Assembly (NCBI GenBank): GCA_001792115.1
Contig: MGFX01000001.1
Span: forward strand, 304,705 to 368,704
Direction of reading: 5' to 3'
DNA length: 64,000 nucleotides
From: Candidatus Woesebacteria bacterium RBG_16_42_24
GTDB lineage: Bacteria > Patescibacteriota > Microgenomatia > UBA8517
Positions within the stretch are counted from its first letter, which is position 1. The number at the start of each line of letters is the position of its first letter. Below the pieces are notes generated by a model, which saw nothing but the letters and a program-made list of their open reading frames with translations, made no database searches and was not told the origin of the DNA. A program made the translations under genes and the position numbers. Of this stretch, positions 29,045-37,797 are shown in pieces.

Positions 29045-30414
29045 TTTATTCCACACGTCCCGAGTTTAAACATTTTTCTTGCGAGTCAGAAAAAGTTGAT
29101 TCCGACCCCCTTTTTTGGAAGTTTAAAGTGATTGATCCTCATATAGACTCAGGTTTAGGTGAATTATTAAATTTAATAGGGGAGTACGCCATCCAAGAGA
29201 GAGATATCTCAAACAGGTCGTATATTTCCGGGTCCTCGGAAATAACAAATCTGGCAAACTTCTTCGAAAGCTCCTCTTTGCCAAGCGATAAGGAGCATCT
29301 GGCCTCTTTGGTTGTACAAAAAGTTAGGGAGCGTACCACTTATTTATCCGAAGAGGATATTAGAGAAACCGTAGAACATGGGCCACTGCTTGAGGACTAT
29401 GCGTTTCTTATCGGAAGATTAAAAGCTTACAAGCAAAACCCCGCCCTTTTAGAACAGAATTCCAGATTTATCTTCGACCCGATAAAAAGGAGATTGGATT
29501 TATATTTAGGTCCCGATGAGCATAGGCTCCTTGCTATGTCAAGAGTGCTCGGACTGATCCCCTTTAGTGCGATCGAAAGATTAAGAGAAACGAAAATTAG
29601 AGTCATGGGGGCTTCGGTTGCGGCATCTACAATAGAAACCCTGGTTGCCTTGGGTGCAGAAAATATTGTTTTTTATGACTACGGATTTTTGGATCCTGCC
29701 AAAATGCCACAGATGCCCGGTGGAATGGGAGACTTCAGGAATTCAGGGGAGCCAAAAGTTAAGGCACTGATGGAACTTGTACAGGGCCGTAATCCCTATG
29801 GCATTTTCCTTGGTATTCCGGGAAAAGTTCTAATTCCAGGAGAGGCAAAGCAAAGTGAATTTGACGTTTACTTGGACGAGATTATAGATGATGCGGATTT
29901 ATTGATAGAGGTGGTCGACCAATACCATATCAAAGCGGGCACGAGGGCGCATAGCGATAAACCAATAGTCTTTGTAGCAGACTTGGGCAGCGACCCGATT
30001 GCAGGTATCGAGGATCCAAAGTTAAATCTTTGGTTCAATCGGGAAATATCTGATGAAGATAAGGCAAGAATGTCTAAAATTCCGGCTTCCCGAGAAGAGG
30101 CAATAAGAGAAGGCCCCAGGGCAATTTATCTTATGGTGAATAAAGATTTGAATGATGATCATCGTCTGCAATTTTTATTAGCTAGCTTAGGCCTTATCCC
30201 TTTTTGGTCACAAACACCAACATCAACCAGAGAATCGGCCGCTTTGGCATCAAAACTCATTATTGAATGGACACAAAATAGCCCGGTAATGGGAAAAAAT
30301 ATCCATCCGAATGAGTCTCCAAAAACCTTAATCGAGATGTTTAATGCTAAAACATCTCTTAATTTAAGAAGGATTTGTGCGGAACTACTCGATATTCCTC
30401 CCTCGATTATTTAA
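29041..30414 (+). CDS. ThiF/E1-like adenylase, Rv1355c/MoeY-like, no nitroreductase domain
   Basis: FIFDPIKRRLDLYLGPDEHRLLAMSR..LI....ERLRETKIRVMGASVA, FYDYGFLD, GEPKV, RNPY, LLIEVVD, DLG; ATGA overlap with the upstream gene. Confidence 0.75.
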   Translation: MIYSTRPEFKHFSCESEKVDSDPLFWKFKVIDPHIDSGLGELLNLIGEYAIQERDISNRSYISGSSEITNLANFFESSSLPSDKEHLASLVVQKVRERTTYLSEEDIRETVEHGPLLEDYAFLIGRLKAYKQNPALLEQNSRFIFDPIKRRLDLYLGPDEHRLLAMSRVLGLIPFSAIERLRETKIRVMGASVAASTIETLVALGAENIVFYDYGFLDPAKMPQMPGGMGDFRNSGEPKVKALMELVQGRNPYGIFLGIPGKVLIPGEAKQSEFDVYLDEIIDDADLLIEVVDQYHIKAGTRAHSDKPIVFVADLGSDPIAGIEDPKLNLWFNREISDEDKARMSKIPASREEAIREGPRAIYLMVNKDLNDDHRLQFLLASLGLIPFWSQTPTSTRESAALASKLIIEWTQNSPVMGKNIHPNESPKTLIEMFNAKTSLNLRRICAELLDIPPSII

Positions 30415-30475
30415 GCAGGTTTTTAAATATTTACTACTTTAGTCAGCCGTTTAATGTTATATTTTTATTAATAGA

Positions 30476-32077
30476 GTGTTTAATACCTTAGGTCTTCTAA
30501 CGGTTTCGCTGACAGTACTGGCGACATTTTTCATAACGGTAATAGTATTTATTCGAAATCCTAGGTCGGCCAGTCATATCCTTCTTAGTCTTATGGCTAT
30601 TTTATTAATAGCTTGGGCGGCTACAAACTATCTCGCCCTTTCTCCTGGGAGTGAAGAAACCCGGCTTTTTTGGGTTAGAATAGTTATGTTTGTTACCACA
30701 CCCCTCGCGCCATTAATTTTCTTATTGGCTAGCGTCTTTCCGGAAGCCAACTTCAATATTAAGAAAAGTTTATTTCTTGTAATTTTGTTTTCAACATTAT
30801 TTACGGCCGCGATAGCCTTATCTCCTTATACATTTACAAAGTTGGTTAATTTACCCGATGGGAGTTTCCGACTATACCCGGGTTGGGGAATAATCGCATA
30901 TGCCATAAATTTGATGGTTCTTTTGTCCTGGGGACTAGCTAAACTAGTTCAAAAATATAAGAAAAGTAATGGGTTATTGAGAAAACAGCTGGGGATATTT
31001 GTATATAGCATAGTAATTTCGTTTTCTTTAATGACCCTCACCAATTTCATCGCGGTGGTTGTATTTAAAACTATCAGTCTTACCATGTTAGGCCCCACTT
31101 TTACCTTGCTAATCGTTGCCGGAATTTCTTATGCAATTATCAGGCACGGCCTTCTAGATATTAAAATTTTGGCCACTGAGCTGTTTGTAGTCTTTCTACT
31201 TCTAATTCTTTTTGCCAAGATTGTAATTTTTACCTCTATTGGCGAATTAATAGTTGACGTAGTTATTTTTGTTTCGGTCCTATTTTTCGGCATTCTTCTA
31301 ATTCGAAGTGTTATAAGGGAAGTTATGCAAAGGGAGAAATTACAGGTGTTGACGGAAAGACTGAAGGCTGTCGATAAACAGAAGGACGAATTCGTTTCCA
31401 TGGCCGCTCATGAACTTAGGGCACCCATGACAGCGATAAAAGGCTACCTTTCAATGGTGGTTGAAGGAGACGCGGGAGATATTCCTGAAAAGGCAAGAGG
31501 TTTTCTGGCCGACACCGCCGCAATTAATGAAAGGCTAATTAGATTGGTAAACAACATGCTTAATGTTTCAAGGATTGAAGAAGGTAGGATGGTATATCAA
31601 ATCGAGCAGGAGAATCTTTCGTCGGTTGTGAGAGCCGCTTTTGCACAGTTTAGGTCCGAAACGGAGAGAAAGGGTCTTAAATTTGAGTTAATAATTCCGC
31701 CTGAAATTAAGGACAGGATCGAAGTAGACATGGACAGAATTCATGAGGTCGTTGCCAATTTATTAAGTAATGCCATAAAATATACCGAAAAAGGTAAGAT
31801 TACTGTCAGATTATCGCAACCCAACCCCGGGAATGTACGCTTCGAAGTTGAGGACACTGGTCCTGGAATATCTAAAGAGGAACAGGGTAAGCTCTTCCAA
31901 AAATTTGTGAGAGCTGAGTCTAGTATAGGTAAAACCACCGGGACAGGACTTGGACTTTATATTTGTAGATTACTTATCGAGAAATTTTACGGAAGGATTG
32001 GTCTAATCTCTGAAGAGAAGAAAGGAAGCATCTTTTGGTTCGAGATACCCCTAGTTAACAAAAAAGTGACAGCTTAG
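30476..32077 (+). CDS. Sensor histidine kinase with N-terminal multi-TM (HisKA_7TM-like) input
   Basis: About 280 aa of hydrophobic helices incl. YAIIRHGLLDI; H box AHELRAP, N box NLLSNAIKYT, DTGPGI, LFQKF, GTGLGL. Confidence 0.95.
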   Translation: MFNTLGLLTVSLTVLATFFITVIVFIRNPRSASHILLSLMAILLIAWAATNYLALSPGSEETRLFWVRIVMFVTTPLAPLIFLLASVFPEANFNIKKSLFLVILFSTLFTAAIALSPYTFTKLVNLPDGSFRLYPGWGIIAYAINLMVLLSWGLAKLVQKYKKSNGLLRKQLGIFVYSIVISFSLMTLTNFIAVVVFKTISLTMLGPTFTLLIVAGISYAIIRHGLLDIKILATELFVVFLLLILFAKIVIFTSIGELIVDVVIFVSVLFFGILLIRSVIREVMQREKLQVLTERLKAVDKQKDEFVSMAAHELRAPMTAIKGYLSMVVEGDAGDIPEKARGFLADTAAINERLIRLVNNMLNVSRIEEGRMVYQIEQENLSSVVRAAFAQFRSETERKGLKFELIIPPEIKDRIEVDMDRIHEVVANLLSNAIKYTEKGKITVRLSQPNPGNVRFEVEDTGPGISKEEQGKLFQKFVRAESSIGKTTGTGLGLYICRLLIEKFYGRIGLISEEKKGSIFWFEIPLVNKKVTA

Positions 32078-32126
32078 AGATTCGAGCTTGAAAATTGCCG
32101 CCATTACGAGTTATAGTTTAAGGACA

Positions 32127-32567
32127 GTGGCGCAAGATAAAGTACAACAGACAACTTCATTCCAACCCCAGGCTGTAAAAGAAGAGGAAACACAAAAAGG
32201 GCCAACGGTGCTTTTTATAGAAGACGATACCCTGCTATTAAAAATGTACAAGACTAAATTTGAGAACGAAGGCTTTAGGGTACTTACCGCTCAAGATGGA
32301 GAAGAAGGCCTTTCCATGGCGAAAGATCAGAATATCGATCTTGTCATATTGGACATAATGATGCCTATCCTCTCGGGCCTTGACATGCTTGCCCAGTACC
32401 GACAGGATCCAAAAGGCAAGAGTGTTCCTGTGATAATTCTTACCAATCTTACTCGTGAAGATGAGATGAAAAGAGCCAGGGAATTGGGCGTTAAAGAATT
32501 TATAGTCAAAGCGGATTACACTCCGAGTGAGGTTGTCAGAAAAATTAAAGATTACTTAGGGAAGTAA
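32127..32567 (+). CDS. Single-domain response regulator (receiver only; probable GTG start)
   Basis: IEDD, LDIMMP phospho-Asp, LTNL, VKAD; no output domain. Confidence 0.92.
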   Translation: MAQDKVQQTTSFQPQAVKEEETQKGPTVLFIEDDTLLLKMYKTKFENEGFRVLTAQDGEEGLSMAKDQNIDLVILDIMMPILSGLDMLAQYRQDPKGKSVPVIILTNLTREDEMKRARELGVKEFIVKADYTPSEVVRKIKDYLGK

Positions 32568-32573
32568 ATTCAA

Positions 32574-32789
32574 ATGGAACAACCCCAAGCGATTCAAGAA
32601 ACTCTTCGCGCAGTCGCTTTGGGGGGATTTTTGACGGCCTCAACGCTAATTATCGGTATTAACTTTAAAGTTTTTAACAATATTTTTAAAGAGAATGCGC
32701 ATAAATATTGGTGGTTATTTTTAGTTTCGGCTGTAATTCCCGTCGCAGTGGTTCTTTTCATTTTTTCCTTCTTTTTTGAGCGAACGTAA
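32574..32789 (+). CDS. Small two-TM membrane protein
   Basis: Two hydrophobic segments; 6 nt after the receiver gene. Confidence 0.65.
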   Translation: MEQPQAIQETLRAVALGGFLTASTLIIGINFKVFNNIFKENAHKYWWLFLVSAVIPVAVVLFIFSFFFERT

Positions 32790-32794
32790 CACTT

Positions 32795-34168
32795 TTAGTA
32801 TGCCCCTTTTCCTAAGAGCACTAAGGGAACGGTTTTGACAATTATAGTCATATCAAGAAAGAACGACTGATTATTTATATAATAAAAATCGTATTCCAGA
32901 TTTTCCTCCAAGGGTAAGTCCTTTCTTCCCAGAATTTGCCAGAGTCCGGTTAAGCCAGGTTTTACCTCGAGTCTTTTTTTCTGCCACTTACTGTATTTTG
33001 CGACCTTTTGTGGCATTTCTGGTCTGGGGCCGACCATGCTCATGCTTCCGGCAATTACATTAATAAGTTGGGGAAGCTCGTCGAGACTAGTTTTTCTTAA
33101 GAATTTTCCAATTGCCGTAATTCTTTCATCGTTAAGACTGCCGGGAGGATCTGCATACTTAGGCGTATTTTTTTTCATTGTCCTAAATTTCAACATATTA
33201 AACACTTTCCCTCCTCGCCCCACCCTTTTTTGCTTAAGTACAGCTGGCGAGCCGTCGCTAATAATAATTGCGCAACTTATGAATAACCAAAGAGGGGAGA
33301 TTGCCACATAAAGTATTGATGCAAAGATTAAGTCGAAAATTCTTTTAGGATAACCCGGCCAGAAACCTTGTTGACTTCGCCAAAGCTCAAGTGAGGGAAT
33401 ACTTTCAAGTCTTGCCACATCGACAGTGCCACTAACCAAATCAAATATTGAAGAAACTACTCGAAAGCGTAAATTTTTCTTGGATACTTTGGTCATAAGG
33501 TCAAGGACTTTGGAGTGGGCTAGGGTAGGGTCGGTAATGTAGACTTCATCTACAGCGTACTTGTTTATGACCCTCGCGATGTCTTTGACCTTTCCAATAA
33601 CAGGAAAATGTTTGCGGGATTGGGCTCTATCGTCTAAAAATCCTACCAGGCGATATCCTATCTGCGAGAAATCCCCAAGCTTTCTTGCAAGCTGCCTTCC
33701 GGGCGGCCCCGCTCCTATTATTAATATCTTTACCAGGGAGTAGCCCTGGCGATAGTATTTTTGCTCGATAATCCTAAAAAGATTTCTTCCTAAACTTATG
33801 AAAAGAAGGGTAAACAGATAGAATACAATAACTATGATTCTTGAGTAATCGTACTTATAAAGGTATGAGCCTACCATTATTAGAAGTACCCAGAAGGAAG
33901 TTGCTTTAATTACCAGAAAAGATTCTGGGAATACCTTGCTTCTTTTGGTCTGATCGTATAAACCGAAAATGTTATAAACCAAAAGTAGAAGAAGAATTGC
34001 AAAGGGTAGGGCTGCAAGATAAACTTTTAGGGGCTGGATAGATTCTAAAAAAAGCCTAAAAGGACCGTAGTTACGAAGATAGTAAGCCGTAAAAAAGGCA
34101 ACTGCGGCCATGAGGGAATCGGTAGCTTTAAGGGACAGCGCGATTTTGGAAGCCCCGTTAACCCTCAT
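32795..34168 (-). CDS. Polyprenyl-phosphate glycosylphosphotransferase (WcaJ/WbaP family)
   Basis: KRIFD, FNMLKFRTM, LRKTSLDELPQL, GPRPE, KPGLTGLWQ. Confidence 0.95.
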   Translation of the reverse strand: MRVNGASKIALSLKATDSLMAAVAFFTAYYLRNYGPFRLFLESIQPLKVYLAALPFAILLLLLVYNIFGLYDQTKRSKVFPESFLVIKATSFWVLLIMVGSYLYKYDYSRIIVIVFYLFTLLFISLGRNLFRIIEQKYYRQGYSLVKILIIGAGPPGRQLARKLGDFSQIGYRLVGFLDDRAQSRKHFPVIGKVKDIARVINKYAVDEVYITDPTLAHSKVLDLMTKVSKKNLRFRVVSSIFDLVSGTVDVARLESIPSLELWRSQQGFWPGYPKRIFDLIFASILYVAISPLWLFISCAIIISDGSPAVLKQKRVGRGGKVFNMLKFRTMKKNTPKYADPPGSLNDERITAIGKFLRKTSLDELPQLINVIAGSMSMVGPRPEMPQKVAKYSKWQKKRLEVKPGLTGLWQILGRKDLPLEENLEYDFYYINNQSFFLDMTIIVKTVPLVLLGKGAY

Positions 34169-34309
34169 TGTTTTGGAAAATAGACCCTTTTGAAAATATT
34201 GCCGAGATATAACGTAATGGGGAATCGCCAGGGGGGAATCATAAATTTATCTCTAATATACTTCTCTTGTCTTGCTTTAGCAAAAGTTTGAGTTAGAATA
34301 CGTTCACGA

Positions 34310-35839
34310 ATGCTAGCCAAGATAGTTTCCGGAGCGACAGTTGGGCTTGATGCCGTTTTGGTCGATGTGGAGGTAGATATTGCCGAGCAAGGACTTCCGA
34401 GTTTTACCATCGTCGGTCTTCCGGATAAGGCGGTAGAGGAGTCAAAAGAAAGAGTGCGTGCAGCCATTAAAAATTCTGGCGGGGATTTTCCCACATCCCG
34501 CATTACTGTTAATTTGGCCCCAGCAGATTTACCGAAAGCAGGACCTGCGTATGACCTTCCGATTGCACTGGGGATTCTTATTGCCTCAGGTCAGATAAAT
34601 CCGAGAGTTTCTGATGCGTTATTTTTCGGCGAGCTATCACTTGACGGAGGGTTAAGGCACACAAACGGAGTCCTTCCGATGGCCTATCTTGCAAGGCAGA
34701 TGAAGGTAGCAAAAGTATTTGTGCCGAAAGTAAATGAAAAAGAAGCTTCGGTCGTCTCGAAGATAGAGGTTTATCCGATTGAGTCTCTCTTGGAATTGGT
34801 ACGTTTCTTTGCCGATACTATCCAAATTACTCCTGCCAAAAGGCTAAATTTAAAAACATTGCTAATTCGCGGTGGAGCAGAGTTTGACTTTAACGAAATC
34901 ATTGGTCAAGAACACGCGAAGCGCGCAGCCGAGATAGCGGGAGCCGGCGGACACAATATTTTTATGAAAGGAACTCCCGGGAGTGGAAAAACAATGTTGG
35001 CCCGCGCCCTCCCCGGGATTTTGCCGACTTTAACGGAAAGCGAGGCACTGGAGGTGACCAAGATTTACTCCATAACCGGAAATTTGCCGCTTGGTGAGGC
35101 AATCGTTACGACGCACCCCTTTCGAAGTCCGCACCACACAACGAGTAGAATAGGACTCATTGGAGGGGGCTCAAATCCCTCACCAGGCGAAATATCTTTG
35201 GCACACCGAGGAGTTCTATTTTTGGACGAGTTCCCGGAATTTCCCAGACACGTCTTAGAAGCCCTTAGGCAGCCGATGGAAGATGGGGTAGTATCCATCT
35301 CGCGGGCAAAAGGATCGGTAACTTATCCAGCCCAATTTCTTTTGGTGGCTGCTTCAAACCCTTGTCCGTGTGGATATTTCGGAGATCTAAAGCGTGCCTG
35401 TACTTGTCTTCCGGGGGCAATTGCCCGTTATCAAAAAAGAATTTCTGGGCCGATACTTGATAGAATTGATATTCATATAGATGTTCCGTCTGTTGAGACG
35501 CAGAAGTTAGTAGGGAAGGCCGTTAAAGCCGAGAGCTCAAAAGAAATTCAGAAAAGGGTACAAAAAGCGAGAGACATACAGCTAAAGAGGTTTAAAGGAG
35601 CCAATCTAAAATCAAATAGCGAAATGGCCACGAGTGATGTCAAAAGATTCTGTAAATTGTCTGAAGAATGTCGCACAATGTTAACGACCGCCGTCGCGGC
35701 GATGAATCTTACAGCCAGAAGTTATTTCAAAGTCATAAAAATTGCCCGAACTATTGCGGATTTATCAGGCGAAGCTAGCATTTCGACTCTACATATAGCC
35801 GAAGCACTTCAATACCGCCCAAAAGAGACCGAGTTTTGA
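34310..35839 (+). CDS. comM: YifB/ComM Mg-chelatase-like AAA+ ATPase
   Basis: IVGLPDKAVEES, NLAPADLPK, GSGKTMLA, PGEISLAHRGVLFLDE, SGPILDRID. Confidence 0.96.
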   Translation: MLAKIVSGATVGLDAVLVDVEVDIAEQGLPSFTIVGLPDKAVEESKERVRAAIKNSGGDFPTSRITVNLAPADLPKAGPAYDLPIALGILIASGQINPRVSDALFFGELSLDGGLRHTNGVLPMAYLARQMKVAKVFVPKVNEKEASVVSKIEVYPIESLLELVRFFADTIQITPAKRLNLKTLLIRGGAEFDFNEIIGQEHAKRAAEIAGAGGHNIFMKGTPGSGKTMLARALPGILPTLTESEALEVTKIYSITGNLPLGEAIVTTHPFRSPHHTTSRIGLIGGGSNPSPGEISLAHRGVLFLDEFPEFPRHVLEALRQPMEDGVVSISRAKGSVTYPAQFLLVAASNPCPCGYFGDLKRACTCLPGAIARYQKRISGPILDRIDIHIDVPSVETQKLVGKAVKAESSKEIQKRVQKARDIQLKRFKGANLKSNSEMATSDVKRFCKLSEECRTMLTTAVAAMNLTARSYFKVIKIARTIADLSGEASISTLHIAEALQYRPKETEF

Positions 35840-36119
35840 CCCCAAAAATCAAACACGAGCGGCCAAGAGTCAAAACGAAGAAGGCCAAGGGCCAACCTCT
35901 CCTCTTTCGAGAGACTCCTCTCCCTTTCGAGTACAAAGGCGCCGAGACTGATCAGTTGGTGTTGCGATGTACAGAGTCGATCTGTGAGACCTTGTGGGCC
36001 ATCATCGCACGCTCCTCGGCGAGATGGATGATATAGCAGTATTCAAGAAAACTTCCCACCAGCAACTGCGTAGCTTTGGGCGGGGAGAAAAATTGTCAAG
36101 ATATTGCTAAAATGCCAGT

Positions 36120-36551
36120 ATGCGGTTAGTTGTTCAGAGGGTTACACAAGCTTCGGTTAAGGTGAAAAAGCAAGTTGTCGGCCAAATTGGTAAAGGCCTT
36201 TTTATTCTGGTAGGGATTAAAAAGGGTGATTCTCTCAAAGATGCCGAGACGCTCGCCGCCAAGCTGTCAAAGCTTCGCGTCATGGCGGATAAAGAAGGGA
36301 AAATGAATCTATCTATCGTGGAAGTTGGAGCCGAGGTATTAGTTGTATCCCAATTCACCCTTTATGCAGATACTTCGGGCGGGAATAGACCTTCTTTTAT
36401 AAATGCAGCCTTACCCGATGAAGCAAGAAAGATTTACGAACACTTTGTCGCTGAACTGCGTCGGCTTGGGGTTAAGCTCCAAACCGGTAGTTTTGGAGAC
36501 TATATGGAAATCGAGGCCAAGCTAGATGGTCCAGTTACAATACTATATTGA
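36120..36551 (+). CDS. dtd: D-aminoacyl-tRNA deacylase
   Basis: MRLVVQRV, VSQFTL, GNRPSF, DGPVT. Confidence 0.97.
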   Translation: MRLVVQRVTQASVKVKKQVVGQIGKGLFILVGIKKGDSLKDAETLAAKLSKLRVMADKEGKMNLSIVEVGAEVLVVSQFTLYADTSGGNRPSFINAALPDEARKIYEHFVAELRRLGVKLQTGSFGDYMEIEAKLDGPVTILY

Positions 36552-36572
36552 TATGTATCAATATAGTGAGGG

Positions 36573-37175
36573 TTAATGGATTAAGTGATTTTTCTCAAGA
36601 AACTTGGTAAGCTTCTTGCCGCGATATTGTTGGCCGATAGAGACGAATAGGCGGTTGACCTTGGACCAATATTTTTTAGGTAAGATACTTTCGAGAGCCT
36701 TTTCAGTTTGTTCAGGGGTTTTTGTTTTTACCCAGCCTAAAATGTTGGTAATTGCGTGAACGTGAGTATCCACCGCTATTGCCGGTTTTCCAAAAGCCCG
36801 ATTTAAAACCAGATTAGCTGTTTTTCTGCCGACTCCTGGGAGCTTTATTAAGTTTTCTCTCGTTTCTGGAATTTGACCTCCAAATTCGGAAATTATCATT
36901 TCTGCAAGTTTTTTAAGCTGCCTCGCCTTTGTATTATAAAAACCAACTGGATAAATAAGTTTACGTAGTATCTTTATATCTAATTCACTTAATGTCTTCG
37001 CATTTGGCGCTTTTGCGAATAACCTTTCGGTTGCTTTGTGGGTGGTTGTATCGAGAGTGCGAGAAGAAAGAAGAACGGAGATTAAAATTTTGTAAGGGTC
37101 TTTGCCAAAAATCTCAAGCGGGATAGGTTTGTAATTCTTCTTAAAGGTAGTGAAGACCCTTGCGAAGTTTTTCAC
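36573..37175 (-). CDS. nth: Endonuclease III family glycosylase lacking the 4Fe-4S motif
   Basis: LLSSRT.D, GFYNTKA, HhH LPGVGRKTAN, AVDTHV. Confidence 0.9.
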   Translation of the reverse strand: MKNFARVFTTFKKNYKPIPLEIFGKDPYKILISVLLSSRTLDTTTHKATERLFAKAPNAKTLSELDIKILRKLIYPVGFYNTKARQLKKLAEMIISEFGGQIPETRENLIKLPGVGRKTANLVLNRAFGKPAIAVDTHVHAITNILGWVKTKTPEQTEKALESILPKKYWSKVNRLFVSIGQQYRGKKLTKFLEKNHLIH

Positions 37176-37187
37176 TTAAGTTATAAC

Positions 37188-37221
37188 CAAAAGGGAACCC
37201 CCTGTAAAGAGGAACCCTTTT
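37188..37221 (-). terminator. Terminator-like hairpin after the DUF5679 gene
   Basis: Imperfect AAAAGGG...CCCTTTT inverted repeat. Confidence 0.5.
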
Positions 37222-37247
37222 GATAGTTAACGTTCAAAGAAGGAAGA

Positions 37248-37382
37248 TTACCCTCCAATTTTAAACATTGTTGTGCCGCAAACTTCACAGACGGCCTTAG
37301 TTGCCTTCTTGCCGTTCTTCATTGTGACACCTTGGGCATTCTTGCCCTCTCTTTTGGCGCGACACTTTACACAGTACATCAT
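37248..37382 (-). CDS. Small zinc-ribbon protein, DUF5679-like (44 aa, below the ORF-track cutoff)
   Basis: MMYCVKCRAKREGKNAQGVTMKNGKKATKAVCEVCGTTMFKIGG; strong SD GGAGGGAGGTGA. Confidence 0.9.
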   Translation of the reverse strand: MMYCVKCRAKREGKNAQGVTMKNGKKATKAVCEVCGTTMFKIGG

Positions 37383-37416
37383 TTATAGTCACCTCCCTCC
37401 GTAGAGCAGATCGAAC

Positions 37417-37698
37417 CTAAAACCAAGCTAAGTATATCACCAGTTCTGCCCCTAAAATGAGGCTAGCTATTATAAGACTCTTTCCAATATCTCGCTTCAC
37501 CGAGGCTAAGCCATAAACTTGAGCCTGATTCACGGCCATTTTTAAGGTTCGAGGCACTTCGTTTTTAGCTTTAATGGGATTTTCCAATTGCCTCTTGACA
37601 TTAGCCTTGGGACGAGCTTTTTTAGGTTCATTAGCCCAAGTATATATAAATTGGTGTTGGGCCCTTTGTTTGTCTTTTTTAGTGCGTCTCTTACCCAT
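37417..37698 (-). CDS. Hypothetical basic protein with C-terminal TM (probable start MGKRR)
   Basis: Lys/Arg-rich N-terminus; hydrophobic C-terminus. Confidence 0.65.
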   Translation of the reverse strand: MGKRRTKKDKQRAQHQFIYTWANEPKKARPKANVKRQLENPIKAKNEVPRTLKMAVNQAQVYGLASVKRDIGKSLIIASLILGAELVIYLAWF

Positions 37699-37797
37699 TT
37701 TTAGGTAGTTATAGAACTTAGCTCCTTGACACCCCTTTTTCAAGATGCAAAAATGTTTGAGTTAAATACTTACTCACAACTGCCCTAGGAATTAGAA

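Noticed and set aside
29041-30414. RiPP, ubiquitin-like or CBASS E1 role for the ThiF protein
   Set aside because: No precursor peptide, Ubl, E2, JAB or cyclase nearby, and the N-terminal segment fits the Rv1355c/MoeY type better
34165-34503. 112-aa minus ORF coupled by ATGA to the sugar transferase
   Set aside because: Mostly antisense to comM; only the last ~25 codons could be a remnant or uORF, with no further support
35836-36036. 66-aa plus ORF after comM
   Set aside because: TTG start with no SD or domain; structure signals favour the opposite strand
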